Of a DNA stretch of 64,000 nucleotides, positions 26,634-36,223 are shown in pieces. A model generated the notes under the pieces. That model was not told the origin of the DNA and made no database searches. It worked only from the letters and a program-made list of their open reading frames with translations. Position numbers and translations under genes: made by a program. This DNA is from a virus. Numbering within the stretch: position 1 is the stretch's first letter; the number at the start of each line of letters is the position of its first letter. The stretch is taken from IMG/VR virus record IMGVR_UViG_3300035532_000260; one strand, written 5' to 3'.

Positions 26634-27261
26634 GGCGCATTATCGTGACTATCGTGCGCGTGCATTGGAGGGGGCTGGCGACCCGGATTATTACGGTTTG
26701 ACTCAAGGGGAGTATGGAACCGCTCTTCGTCATGACGCGGTTTTGTCTGTGATGCCACCATTGCATAACTGTACAGTGCTGGATTTGGGTTGCGGGACTG
26801 GTTTGTTTCTTGAAAAGTTGTGGAAGGATGGTAATTTACCGGAGCTGTATATTGGTGTTGATCAGATTGAAGAGTATGGGTTTTCAATTGCTGATCGCGC
26901 AAAGAAATTTGGCGTATTGCATAGTTTTTATCACAAGCCTGCACAGTTTCCGTTTGAACGGTTTTGGTCTGCGATTTCCGTGGATGTAGTGTTGGCCGTA
27001 GGTCTTGTTGGTTTTTGGGGTTATCACACGTATCGTCAGATTCGATCTCTTGTCCGTTGGATGCAATCGATTGCACCGATATCTGTCATCACGTTTCCCA
27101 TGATTTACGATGACATTTTGGGAGATCCGAATTTGGTTCGGTACGACCCGGAGGATATGGTGTGTTGGCTGGGAGGTGGCAGTTGCATAAAACTTGAACG
27201 GGAATTTGTTTTAACTTTTGGACAACATTTTGACTTAGGTGTTTCTTATGTTAGAAGTTAG
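26620..27261 (+). CDS. Class I SAM-dependent methyltransferase
   Basis: VLDLGCGTG motif I, IGVD motif II. Confidence 0.82.
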   Translation: MEKVEAHYRDYRARALEGAGDPDYYGLTQGEYGTALRHDAVLSVMPPLHNCTVLDLGCGTGLFLEKLWKDGNLPELYIGVDQIEEYGFSIADRAKKFGVLHSFYHKPAQFPFERFWSAISVDVVLAVGLVGFWGYHTYRQIRSLVRWMQSIAPISVITFPMIYDDILGDPNLVRYDPEDMVCWLGGGSCIKLEREFVLTFGQHFDLGVSYVRS

Positions 27262-27294
27262 TTTGTTGTTGTTACTTTTAACAAGGAGCATGTA

Positions 27295-28482
27295 ATGGAC
27301 AAATCAGTTGTGTTTTCTCATTTGCCGGAAGAGTGGGGAAAGGCGGGTGTCGTAATTCCTCCAGACGATATGGAAGATGAAATTTTTGCAATAGCACGAA
27401 AGCGTATTGCAGAATTTACTCTTCCTGATAAATTGATGACGACCAAGTGTAAGAATGATAAGTGGCGGATCGTATCAACGATGCAAAAGGCAATCCGTCA
27501 CGGGGACGTCCCGATGGCTATGCACATGGCGAATGCCTGCATGTGCATTGAGCCAAAATATCTTTGGCGACGCCTGGGTGTCTGTTCCATCGAGGATGTT
27601 GGCCTTGGGAATCTGTCCACGATTATGATTGTCCTTGCGAGCATGGGCAATGCCTCGTTTCGCCGTGAAATCGGGGAGCAGCGGCTTGCTGTTTGGTTGG
27701 CTGGACGATTAGCGGCGGGATGCAAGGACCGACTGGCTTGTGAGTTTCTTGTCTGGACGGAATATGATCTTGCCCTGGCTGAAAAGAAAGAGTTGTGGGC
27801 GATTTTGCCGGATGATGATCTTGTCGCTTTGATCAACAATAACGACTTGCCGTTGGTTGAGCGTGTGCTTGCTACTTGGTTGCTTGCCGGGACGAAAAAG
27901 TATTGGGGCTCGACTGTCCCGAAAACCAATGATCGTCCGCGGAAGCGTCTGATGCAGCTATTTCTGGAATGGAAGATGCCTCCGGCAATTTATTATGTGG
28001 CCGAGATGGTTGCCCGTCGGATAGTTGAGGGTATGTTTGTTTCCCTTCTCTGGCAGTGGTTTCTGCTGAACCGAGCTGATTCTGTTGATTACCGGGAATT
28101 GCCATTGCCTCCTGCCAAAAAAATTGGCCCGTTGAATGCCGCGGGCTATGACATGCATACTCAGGAAGGCAAGATTGCGATCAACAAGTTTTTTCGGGAA
28201 ACGCCTTCATTGCTTGAGTTTTTGCCGTATGCGCGGACGCCAGAACATGAGGCAAAAATGAAGAATCGTGGCATTTTTGTAGCGGAGAGCGGTGTTTTGG
28301 CTAAGCGTCTTGTATATAGCAGTTCTGAATCGTACTATGACATCGCGCATAAGCATGAGCTTTTAGAGACGGGGCTGCCTGTTGATAAGCACACGGCTTT
28401 TTTGAATGAGATCGTATCGAACATAGACCATTTACATGAATGCAGGAGGAGGGTGGTGTGGGCCAGACACAACAAACGGTAG
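27295..28482 (+). CDS. Hypothetical helical protein within modification cluster
   Basis: 395 aa; STMQKAIRHGD..W.RL.V...ED and YDMHTQEGK weakly recall the MgsA/RarA C-terminal helical fold; no P-loop. Confidence 0.45.
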   Translation: MDKSVVFSHLPEEWGKAGVVIPPDDMEDEIFAIARKRIAEFTLPDKLMTTKCKNDKWRIVSTMQKAIRHGDVPMAMHMANACMCIEPKYLWRRLGVCSIEDVGLGNLSTIMIVLASMGNASFRREIGEQRLAVWLAGRLAAGCKDRLACEFLVWTEYDLALAEKKELWAILPDDDLVALINNNDLPLVERVLATWLLAGTKKYWGSTVPKTNDRPRKRLMQLFLEWKMPPAIYYVAEMVARRIVEGMFVSLLWQWFLLNRADSVDYRELPLPPAKKIGPLNAAGYDMHTQEGKIAINKFFRETPSLLEFLPYARTPEHEAKMKNRGIFVAESGVLAKRLVYSSSESYYDIAHKHELLETGLPVDKHTAFLNEIVSNIDHLHECRRRVVWARHNKR

Positions 28483-29153
28483 TCGTCCACCAACCGCAGT
28501 TCATGCCTTGGGCCGGTTTTTGGTTCAGAGTTTTGTCTGCGGATGTTTATGTCGTTTACGCTGGTGTGGATATGAGTCGGGGCGGACACGGTAATCGCGT
28601 AACGATCAACGGGAAGTGGGCTACAGTACCTGTCCAGTTTGGTCCTTCCAAAAAATATTGTGATTTGCGTGTGCCTGATGTCCGCGCTGTACAAAAGGTT
28701 GGTCGGCGTGTTCAGCAGGAAGTGGCCAACAAGAGAGCACCGTATCGGGACAGATTGGATCCGATTCTTCGGGTTTTATTGGGTCAGTCCAAGCCCGGGC
28801 TGTTTTTGCTTGATCTGGACATTTCTTTGATGAATGCATGTATGCAGGCTATGAGCGTCAGGCCGCCAAAAAAGACTTGTTTGGACGTGCTGGCTCGCTC
28901 TGGTACTCCCGTAGCCAATTTGCAGTCCTGCATCGATTTGTACGCTCCCAGGGCTTCTGTGTACCTGTCTGGGGCTGGGGGTCGTGACTATCTTAATAAT
29001 GATTCGTTGTCTGGTGGTATTCAGGAGATTCGATTTCAGCGTCAGGTGCGGCCGTGCTCTCCGGATTCGGTGGTGCAATTGATTGCACAGGAGGCAGACC
29101 CGGTGGCGAAAATCATGAAGACGTTTAGTTGGGTTGGTGCGGAGGAGATGTAA
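28440..29153 (+). CDS. WbqC-like protein (copy 2)
   Basis: VHQPQFMPWAGFW....ADVYV, NRVTING.WATVP, YLSGAGGRDYL. Confidence 0.85.
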   Translation: MQEEGGVGQTQQTVVVHQPQFMPWAGFWFRVLSADVYVVYAGVDMSRGGHGNRVTINGKWATVPVQFGPSKKYCDLRVPDVRAVQKVGRRVQQEVANKRAPYRDRLDPILRVLLGQSKPGLFLLDLDISLMNACMQAMSVRPPKKTCLDVLARSGTPVANLQSCIDLYAPRASVYLSGAGGRDYLNNDSLSGGIQEIRFQRQVRPCSPDSVVQLIAQEADPVAKIMKTFSWVGAEEM

Positions 29154-29873
29154 ATGAAGAATGTTGATAGTGAATTTGAAGAAACCGCAGATGCTGCAGA
29201 AGAAAATGCAGATGTTCGTGTTTTAGTGGTCAGTCCTCATGCTGATGACGCAGAGTTCGGGATGGGTCCGCTGTTGGCCCGTTTTGTTGATTACGGCATG
29301 CATGTCACGCTTCTGCTTTTGTCTGCCAGCACGTACACGGCATCATCCGGGGAGACGGTTTTGGGTGGAGACCGGATTCGTGAGCAGCAGTGTGCGGCCA
29401 AGCGACTTGGAATTGATTTGCGCATAGACCGTGTGGCGGAGGAAAACGAGTTTTTCAATGCGCCCCGCGGTCAGATGGTGGCGGCGATTGAAAAGTGTTT
29501 CGATTCAGTGCGTCCGGATATATTTTTTATCCCTTCTCCGTCCGTTAATCAAGATCATGTTGTTGCCTATGACGCATGTCTGTCCGCGATTCGACCGCCG
29601 CGTGATCGAAATTTGTCTGCAGTCCATGTTTATGATTCGACGGTTGTTGGCCGGCCGGCGTCCATGCCTGGAGTTCCTTTTGTTTGGGAGGTGCTTCCTT
29701 CGGATGTCTCAGCAGCACAGGACGCATTGCACATGCATAAAAGCCAGATGACTGGTGCATCTCAATCGCTTGTTCGGCTTGCACCTGTTCGCTGGCTTTA
29801 TTCTGGCCAGCAGAATGGGTTGTCCCATGCCGTTGTTACCTACGTGTTGCAGGGGAGAGCGTTATGTCCTTGA
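29154..29873 (+). CDS. PIG-L/LmbE-family deacetylase-like protein
   Basis: VVSPHADDAEFG, R..EQ..A...LG, NQDH, HKSQ. Confidence 0.85.
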   Translation: MKNVDSEFEETADAAEENADVRVLVVSPHADDAEFGMGPLLARFVDYGMHVTLLLLSASTYTASSGETVLGGDRIREQQCAAKRLGIDLRIDRVAEENEFFNAPRGQMVAAIEKCFDSVRPDIFFIPSPSVNQDHVVAYDACLSAIRPPRDRNLSAVHVYDSTVVGRPASMPGVPFVWEVLPSDVSAAQDALHMHKSQMTGASQSLVRLAPVRWLYSGQQNGLSHAVVTYVLQGRALCP

Positions 29874-31369
29874 AAGTTTTGTTGGATCCGATTTATTCTG
29901 CACGTCCGTCAAATTGTTCATCGGCGTTCAAGTGTCGCCGGTTGATCGAGCACACGTTGGCGAAGCGGGATGATATTTTTTTCTACTGGATGATTCCTGA
30001 TTGGGAGTTGGATGATATCGACAAGGATTGGTTCCCGAAGCATCCCAATATCCGGTACATTGAATTTCCGTATCATAAAGACAGGATGCGTGAGTATTTA
30101 CGCTACCCGGATGAATTGGATAAAATTCAGGCATTCAACGGCGATTTTTGGGATTTTGACTTTGTATTTACGAGTCGCACGGCACAGATCCCGAATACGA
30201 AATTGGTGATGACCGCTCCCCGGCAGAAGAAACAGGCGAAAAATCCATTGAAAGTGGTTGCTTGTTTTGAGGAGATGATTGTGATGTCTTCCCGCCCCAC
30301 GGTAGCCAAGTCGGATGATTTGATTCAGGATATGGCTACGATCAACGGGTATTTGGCTTCTGATGTCACGTATTTACAGACTGAGAAAGAGGTCAAGGAG
30401 ATTATGACGATAGCCCGTCAGTATTATTCTCCTGCCACACTGAAGCGTCTGCGGTCGAAGTTTGAATTGGTGACTCCCATGCCGTTTCGAGAGGTTTGTC
30501 AAAAAGAATCGAAGTTTCGATATGACGGAAAGCGTGAGTTTTGTTTGGCGTATGCCGGCCGCATGGAGAAAGTGTCAGCGAATTTGAAAGACCTGTATCG
30601 GGTGATGGGGACACAGCATGCGTTTGGCGGTGAAAGTGTCAAATTGTTAATTTGTACTGTTACCCCAAGCATCAGCTTTGCGCCACCGAGTGTAACGGAG
30701 TATCGGGTGGCCTCCCGCGAGGAATTCTGGCGTTCTGCAAAGGAAGATATGGATGTATTGCTGTCTTTGCATTATGAGTCTGAATTTTCCCTGACACGGT
30801 TTGAGCCGGTGATGTTCGGTGTCCCTGTGGTTATTATTGACCGAAAATGGTCGCGTACGTTATTTGGGGATCATTATCCGTTTTATGTGCAGAACATGGC
30901 GGAGGCTTGTGCCATGATTACCCGGATCCGTGCAGACTATGACAAGTATTATGATTTATTCGTTGAGTGGCAGACCACGCATTTTGCTCCCATGTTTCGG
31001 CCGGGCGGGGTGTTTGGTACTGATATGTTTGCCCGCACGTTTGAGTTGATGGAACAGCAAGAACAGAATGTTTTGAACGTAGTTCGTACTGACATGAAGG
31101 ATCGTCCCGCCCTCTATGCGTTGGTTGATCAAATCGAAGATGCGGCGGGTGGGAAGCCGTTTGTCTTGTTTGAGATTCTGCGCAAATTAGGATCGGAGGG
31201 AAAGTTGGACATGCTTCACCAAAAGACAAAGGATGGGGACAGGGACCGGCGACGGTTGTCTTTTTCGACTCCCTGGAATGAGATTCGTGCTGTTTTGTTG
31301 TTCCGGGGGTGGGTGGATGCCAGTACGACTGTCGGTTCTTTCATGAAACCCGTGCAATCGATTGCATAG
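29864..31369 (+). CDS. GT-B fold glycosyltransferase (GT4-like)
   Basis: YAGRM and ESEFSLTRFEPVMFGVPVV, matching the GT4 E-x7-E..G.PV signature. Confidence 0.65.
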   Translation: MSLKVLLDPIYSARPSNCSSAFKCRRLIEHTLAKRDDIFFYWMIPDWELDDIDKDWFPKHPNIRYIEFPYHKDRMREYLRYPDELDKIQAFNGDFWDFDFVFTSRTAQIPNTKLVMTAPRQKKQAKNPLKVVACFEEMIVMSSRPTVAKSDDLIQDMATINGYLASDVTYLQTEKEVKEIMTIARQYYSPATLKRLRSKFELVTPMPFREVCQKESKFRYDGKREFCLAYAGRMEKVSANLKDLYRVMGTQHAFGGESVKLLICTVTPSISFAPPSVTEYRVASREEFWRSAKEDMDVLLSLHYESEFSLTRFEPVMFGVPVVIIDRKWSRTLFGDHYPFYVQNMAEACAMITRIRADYDKYYDLFVEWQTTHFAPMFRPGGVFGTDMFARTFELMEQQEQNVLNVVRTDMKDRPALYALVDQIEDAAGGKPFVLFEILRKLGSEGKLDMLHQKTKDGDRDRRRLSFSTPWNEIRAVLLFRGWVDASTTVGSFMKPVQSIA

Positions 31370-31377
31370 GAGGGTGT

Positions 31378-32163
31378 ATGTCTGAAATAAGACTAAATGA
31401 TCAGATTCAGATTTTGATGATTCCGATTGATCAAATTGATGTGAATGAATGGAACCCGAACGAGTTGAGTGACGAGATGTTCAATCGTTTGGCAGAGGAT
31501 GTTCAATCGATTGGGTTTCTCCAACCGATTTTGGTGATCAAAAAAGAGGATGGACGGTTTTTGATTATAGACGGGGAGCATCGTTATACCGCAGCGATGT
31601 TGATGGACATGGCCGAGATTCCTTGTATAGTTTCTGAATCACTGGCGGACGATGAAGATTTGCAAAAATTCCAGACTATGAGAATGAACCAGATTCGCGG
31701 AAGCCTGAACAGGAAAAAGTTTCAGGCAATGGTTGAGGATTTGGCAAAACGCCATTCGATTTCCGAGATTGCGGAGGGGATGGCTTTTGATGATGAAGAT
31801 TACCTGCAGTCTATGATTTCAGACGCCCGGGCATCCCTTCCTCCAGAAATGAAGGGTGAATTTGACAAGGCCAAGGAGGAGATCAAAACGGTCGATGACT
31901 TGTCTTTGGTTTTGAATCGTCTATTTACGAAATACGGTTCAACATTGCCGTGCAATTTTATGATTATGGATTTTGGTGGGAAGGAGCATTTGTGGGTTCG
32001 ATTCAAGGACAGGCATGTTTATGATCTTGCAAAAGAGAAGGCGTCCTTGTGTCTGTCGAATAAGGTCACGTTTTCTTCATTGGTAGAGCGGTTGTTGTTG
32101 CAGGCGGATGACGATTTTATGGACGAAAATCGTGAATTTTTGGAGCCTGCGAAGGAGGAGTAA
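31378..32163 (+). CDS. ParB/Srx-fold protein
   Basis: NEWNPN, IGFLQPILV, IIDGEHRY (GxxR), N.IRG; helical C-terminal region. Confidence 0.88.
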   Translation: MSEIRLNDQIQILMIPIDQIDVNEWNPNELSDEMFNRLAEDVQSIGFLQPILVIKKEDGRFLIIDGEHRYTAAMLMDMAEIPCIVSESLADDEDLQKFQTMRMNQIRGSLNRKKFQAMVEDLAKRHSISEIAEGMAFDDEDYLQSMISDARASLPPEMKGEFDKAKEEIKTVDDLSLVLNRLFTKYGSTLPCNFMIMDFGGKEHLWVRFKDRHVYDLAKEKASLCLSNKVTFSSLVERLLLQADDDFMDENREFLEPAKEE

Positions 32164-32164
32164 T

Positions 32165-32881
32165 ATGGAACGCAGTGAGATTTTGGAACGAATTTATGCA
32201 TTGGTGAATTCTGAAAAGGTTCAAGACCCATTGGCGAAAGAGGGCACTTTGTTGCTGTCCACATATTCGCCTGATGATTTGTATAAAGTTTTTCGCCGTG
32301 TTGTAATGGAGAGAGAGCCGGCCAAGGAGGTCGTAGTTGACCTGTCTGCTGATCCGAAAGTGCAAGAAAAGCTGGTTCCCGCACTTCGACGTTTACTGTT
32401 TGTCGGCGTCAATTTGGCCAATGACATTCGGTCTGCAGAACGGGAACCTGTTACTCGCGAAGACCCAAAAAATTTGGAGTTTTCCCCTGCCCATGATTTC
32501 AATGAAGTGTGGGAGGCCTTGGAGTCTGGACCTGTTGATTCGATCAAGGATTTGGAACTATGTTGTAAGGTCCAAAAGCTCCGATTGAAGCAGATGATGA
32601 AACAGGTGGCTGCGGTTGGGTCTGGTGCGTTCTTGTCTGCCAACACATTGAACGGGACCATGGAGACGTTGCGCAAGTTGGAAGAGACTTTGTTTGCGCA
32701 GAAGGTCCGTTTGGGTGTTTTGGATGAGGTGCCCCGAAAAGTTGAGATGCAGCTTCAGGGTGCCGTACAGACTGCCCTCGGTGGTGGGGTTACTGTCACA
32801 GACAAGGAGGTAATGGAACGATTTGCCACGGACTTGATTGATTCGATGGAGTCACGATATGCCTGCGCAGACTCAGATTAA
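32165..32881 (+). CDS. Hypothetical protein, candidate terminase small subunit
   Basis: Helical ORF overlapping the terminase large subunit start; positional inference only. Confidence 0.4.
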   Translation: MERSEILERIYALVNSEKVQDPLAKEGTLLLSTYSPDDLYKVFRRVVMEREPAKEVVVDLSADPKVQEKLVPALRRLLFVGVNLANDIRSAEREPVTREDPKNLEFSPAHDFNEVWEALESGPVDSIKDLELCCKVQKLRLKQMMKQVAAVGSGAFLSANTLNGTMETLRKLEETLFAQKVRLGVLDEVPRKVEMQLQGAVQTALGGGVTVTDKEVMERFATDLIDSMESRYACADSD

Positions 32882-34916
32882 CCTTGGCCATACGCACCGG
32901 TTGTCGTCGGCTGAAATTTCGCTGGATGATGCTCTGGTTCAGGCGTACGACATGTTCACCGCTATCCCTGGTGCCAGGGAGGCGGTGTTTCACCTTATTT
33001 CGGATTGTTTGGCCGTCATGGCTGGCGATTCTGGAAGGCTGGCCGTCACGGAAGTGATTAACCTTATGAAGAATGTTCGTCAGGCATTCTCTGATGGTGA
33101 TTTTTCCATTTTGACGCAGCCGCGTGGGTTGCGTGTGGACAAGATTGTTGATGTGCAGGAATTTGTTGAAAGTAAGTTTTACATGAATCAGAAAGGGTAC
33201 GTGCGCCCCCGGGTCATGGAGACTTTGTATGATCTTTTCCATGGAAAGGATAATGCGAACAAGGTCGAGGTTGTTCTTGGTGGTGCGATTGGGTGGGGGA
33301 AATCGTATTTCTCAGAAATGGGAATTGCTTATTCTTTGTATATGCTCAGTTGTTATCACACGCCCCAATTAGAATTTGGGTTGGCCCCGGGGTCGAGCAT
33401 GTATTTCATTTTTCAATCGATTAGACTGGATCAGGCCAAAAAGGTTCTTTTCCAACAATTTGGCGAACGATTGAAAAACAGCAAGTATTTTCACCGATAT
33501 TTTCCGTTTGACCCCAAAGTGTCTTCGGAAATGCGGTTCCCGGGACAGATAACCGTTATGCCGATTTCGTCTGCAGATACAGCCGCGTTAGGTTTGAATG
33601 TTTTTGGCGGTGTCCTTGATGAATTGAACTTTTTGGCCAAGGTGGCCAACAGCACCCGGGCTCATGGCATTGATCAGGAGTATGATCAGGCGGAGAAATT
33701 ATACACCACGATTGTTCGTCGTATGCGCTCTCGTTTTAACGTACATGGGCGATTACCGGGCAAGGTATTTTTGGTATCGTCTGCCAATTATCCGGATGAT
33801 TTTATCGATAAAAAACGAAAAGAGGCGGAGGAGGCTGCACACGAGGGCCGGCCGACGTCGATTTATTTTGTTTCCATGTCACAATGGGATGCATTGCCTG
33901 CGGATAGGTTGAGTGACGAGCGATTTTTTGTTGAGGTCGGGGATGCGACCCGTCGTTCTCGCATCATACAGACTGAAAACGATGCTGTTGATCCGTCTGC
34001 TGTGATCACTGTTCCTATGGATTACTATGAAGATTTTCGTAGGGATCTGGAGGCGGCGTTACGGGACTTGGCCGGCATTCCGATAGGTGGATCAAACAAT
34101 TTTATCAAGCAGCGTGAAAAGATTGTGGACGCTGTGAATCGGCATGTTGCGGCATTTGAAGGCAAGAGCTTGTTCGTGCATCAGGCAGTGGAGTTGAGTC
34201 AGTATATCGGTCGATTGTCCTCGGTCATTGATTGGGACTATCTGAATTTGATTGATCCGAACGAGGAGTATGTGGCGCATGCGGATTTGTCGCTGACTTC
34301 TGATTCATGCGGGCTTGCGGTATCGAGTTGTGGCGGGATGAAGGCGGTTGGCCGCAGTTTTATCTGGGACGAGGATTTGAAAAAATTTGCAGAGTCTCCT
34401 CCTGGGCAGGCTCCGATTTTGATTACCAACGGGGCGTTGGAGATTGTTCCGCCATTGACCGACGAAATTGATTCCAATTTGATTGGTGATTTGTTGGAGT
34501 TATTGGCTGCACGAATTAACTTGACTACGGTGACTGCAGACTCATTTCAGTCTGCAGCATTGTTGTCTCGTATGCGGAAGGTCCGTAATTGCAAGGGCCG
34601 AAGGATCAAGGCCATGGTGTTATCTGTTGACACATCTTTGGCCCCGTATGCGGAAGTGAAGCAAAGTTTGCGGGATGATCGTGCGTATTATCCTGATCAC
34701 AAGAAATTACAGGCGGAGTTGCGTGATTTACAGCTTGATGAAAAGAAACTGCACGTTGACCATCCACCGGCCGGTTCCAAGGATGTCGCTGATGCAATGA
34801 CTGGATCGAATTATACCATAGCTTTGAAGAACAAGGGCGTTCGGAATTCACGTCCTCGTGATGCTGATCAAAAAGTTTCTACAAAAAGACAACGATCCCG
34901 TCCTCGACTGTTTTGA
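32859..34916 (+). CDS. terL: Terminase large subunit
   Basis: Walker A GGAIGWGKS, Walker B GVLDE, coupling motif VSS, nuclease HADLS, TADSFQS, DHPPAGSKDVADA. Confidence 0.88.
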   Translation: MPAQTQINLGHTHRLSSAEISLDDALVQAYDMFTAIPGAREAVFHLISDCLAVMAGDSGRLAVTEVINLMKNVRQAFSDGDFSILTQPRGLRVDKIVDVQEFVESKFYMNQKGYVRPRVMETLYDLFHGKDNANKVEVVLGGAIGWGKSYFSEMGIAYSLYMLSCYHTPQLEFGLAPGSSMYFIFQSIRLDQAKKVLFQQFGERLKNSKYFHRYFPFDPKVSSEMRFPGQITVMPISSADTAALGLNVFGGVLDELNFLAKVANSTRAHGIDQEYDQAEKLYTTIVRRMRSRFNVHGRLPGKVFLVSSANYPDDFIDKKRKEAEEAAHEGRPTSIYFVSMSQWDALPADRLSDERFFVEVGDATRRSRIIQTENDAVDPSAVITVPMDYYEDFRRDLEAALRDLAGIPIGGSNNFIKQREKIVDAVNRHVAAFEGKSLFVHQAVELSQYIGRLSSVIDWDYLNLIDPNEEYVAHADLSLTSDSCGLAVSSCGGMKAVGRSFIWDEDLKKFAESPPGQAPILITNGALEIVPPLTDEIDSNLIGDLLELLAARINLTTVTADSFQSAALLSRMRKVRNCKGRRIKAMVLSVDTSLAPYAEVKQSLRDDRAYYPDHKKLQAELRDLQLDEKKLHVDHPPAGSKDVADAMTGSNYTIALKNKGVRNSRPRDADQKVSTKRQRSRPRLF

Positions 34917-34997
34917 TTTTTCTTTGTTTTTGGTTATACTGTTGTTATGAGTAGGAAGTGCAATCAATTGCATTTGGCCATAATGGAGGGTATGGAA

Positions 34998-35306
34998 ATG
35001 AGTGATGTTTTTTCTTTGTTTGATGATTTTGGGGATGATCGTGCCGGCAGGAAACCGAAAAGCACTAGAAATAAGAGAGGCGGGTTTGTTTCGCGGAATG
35101 GGTTGGTTGTCCGTACTACACCAAAGGCTGTCCTGTTTTTCGATGATATAGTGGGTTATGAGTATTGGGTGCCTCGCACATCCGTTCGGGATTGGTCATT
35201 TATGACGGGTGTCAAGCGTGGCCTTGGTCTGTCTGACTTGGAGCCTGACGACGAGATTTCATTGGAATTGCCGAGGTGGCTATTGGTAAAGGAGAAGATT
35301 TTGTAA
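34998..35306 (+). CDS. Hypothetical protein
   Basis: ORF with RBS; T.KAVLF...WVP.S SH3-like phage pattern. Confidence 0.55.
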   Translation: MSDVFSLFDDFGDDRAGRKPKSTRNKRGGFVSRNGLVVRTTPKAVLFFDDIVGYEYWVPRTSVRDWSFMTGVKRGLGLSDLEPDDEISLELPRWLLVKEKIL

Positions 35307-35414
35307 AAAAAGAGAGGGACCACAATGGTCCCTCTGGGAGGAAAGGAATGGCGGAAGGGATGCCGCCTGCAAATTTTTAATGGGCTGCTATATCCAAAAG
35401 TAAAGGAGTAATCG

Positions 35415-35669
35415 ATGTTTCGTGTATATTTGGTTTGGGGAAGCGAGGCGATAGCCCTGGTGTATGATGTCATGAAACGGGATGCAACTTCCTTGCATGC
35501 TATTTTGGGTGCCACGGAGATTTACGAGTTTGAGACCGATGCGGAGGCGGAGGCCTTCAGAATAGGGTTGTGTGAGGTATCCCGATATACGGAATCCGTG
35601 CGGGATTTTGCCGAGATTCCACCGGCAATGTTTCATTCATTACGGAAGATGTCGCGTCTGTCTGCTTGA
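35415..35669 (+). CDS. Hypothetical protein
   Basis: 84 aa, RBS AAGGAG. Confidence 0.55.
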   Translation: MFRVYLVWGSEAIALVYDVMKRDATSLHAILGATEIYEFETDAEAEAFRIGLCEVSRYTESVRDFAEIPPAMFHSLRKMSRLSA

Positions 35670-35730
35670 CCTCTGTTGTTGCCATAGAAATTGTTAATCG
35701 TTTGTCGTACAAGGTAGTATATTTTTTTGT

Positions 35731-35758
35731 TTGACAATTTGAATTTTTCTGTTATTGT
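35731..35758 (+). promoter_or_regulatory. Sigma70-type promoter
   Basis: TTGACA-N16-TATTGT with extended -10 TG. Confidence 0.5.
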
Positions 35759-35803
35759 TCTCACTTCATTAGAAATTATGACTCGTGTGTACATGGAGTT
35801 TGT

Positions 35804-36172
35804 GTGTCAAATATATCAGAAGTACCAGATTTGAGACGATTGCGTTTTCGGGTAGCTGACACCGCCACGGAAGAACCGGTTCCCCGGGAGGCTTTGCAGT
35901 TTGAGAAATGCCGCAATTGTCTTTTTTGTGATCCCTCAAAATGTGAAGTAATCCGATCGTTGCGCCAAGTTTTGGATTCGGCGCGAATGGAGCATGATCC
36001 TGTTACGTCTTTGACTCATGTTACGGTGGATTGCACATTGACTCCTGGGACATTGGCGGCTGCCCGGATAGCGGATATTTTGGAATTGTGTGGGGTGCGT
36101 TGTTCGTATCTGACTGAGACTGAAGCACGAAAATCGAAAATATCTAAGAAAGTAGAAATGTTACAGTGGTGA
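35804..36172 (+). CDS. Hypothetical protein with Cys motif
   Basis: CRNCLFC...C; GTG start. Confidence 0.5.
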   Translation: MSNISEVPDLRRLRFRVADTATEEPVPREALQFEKCRNCLFCDPSKCEVIRSLRQVLDSARMEHDPVTSLTHVTVDCTLTPGTLAAARIADILELCGVRCSYLTETEARKSKISKKVEMLQW

Positions 36173-36223
36173 TTGCTTTGTTTTGTCCATGGTGTTACGC
36201 CTCCGCCTAAAGTGGAGGTGACC

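Noticed and set aside
23749-31369. Host O-antigen/capsule locus or serotype-conversion cassette
   Set aside because: No flippase, polymerase, GtrAB or membrane proteins; the dehydratase lacks TM segments; the genes carry the phage palindrome and are fused to ParB and terminase
35305-35335. Minus-strand terminator (AGAGGGACC/GGTCCCTCT with upstream A-run)
   Set aside because: The hairpin is real, but no minus-strand gene ends here; function unsupported
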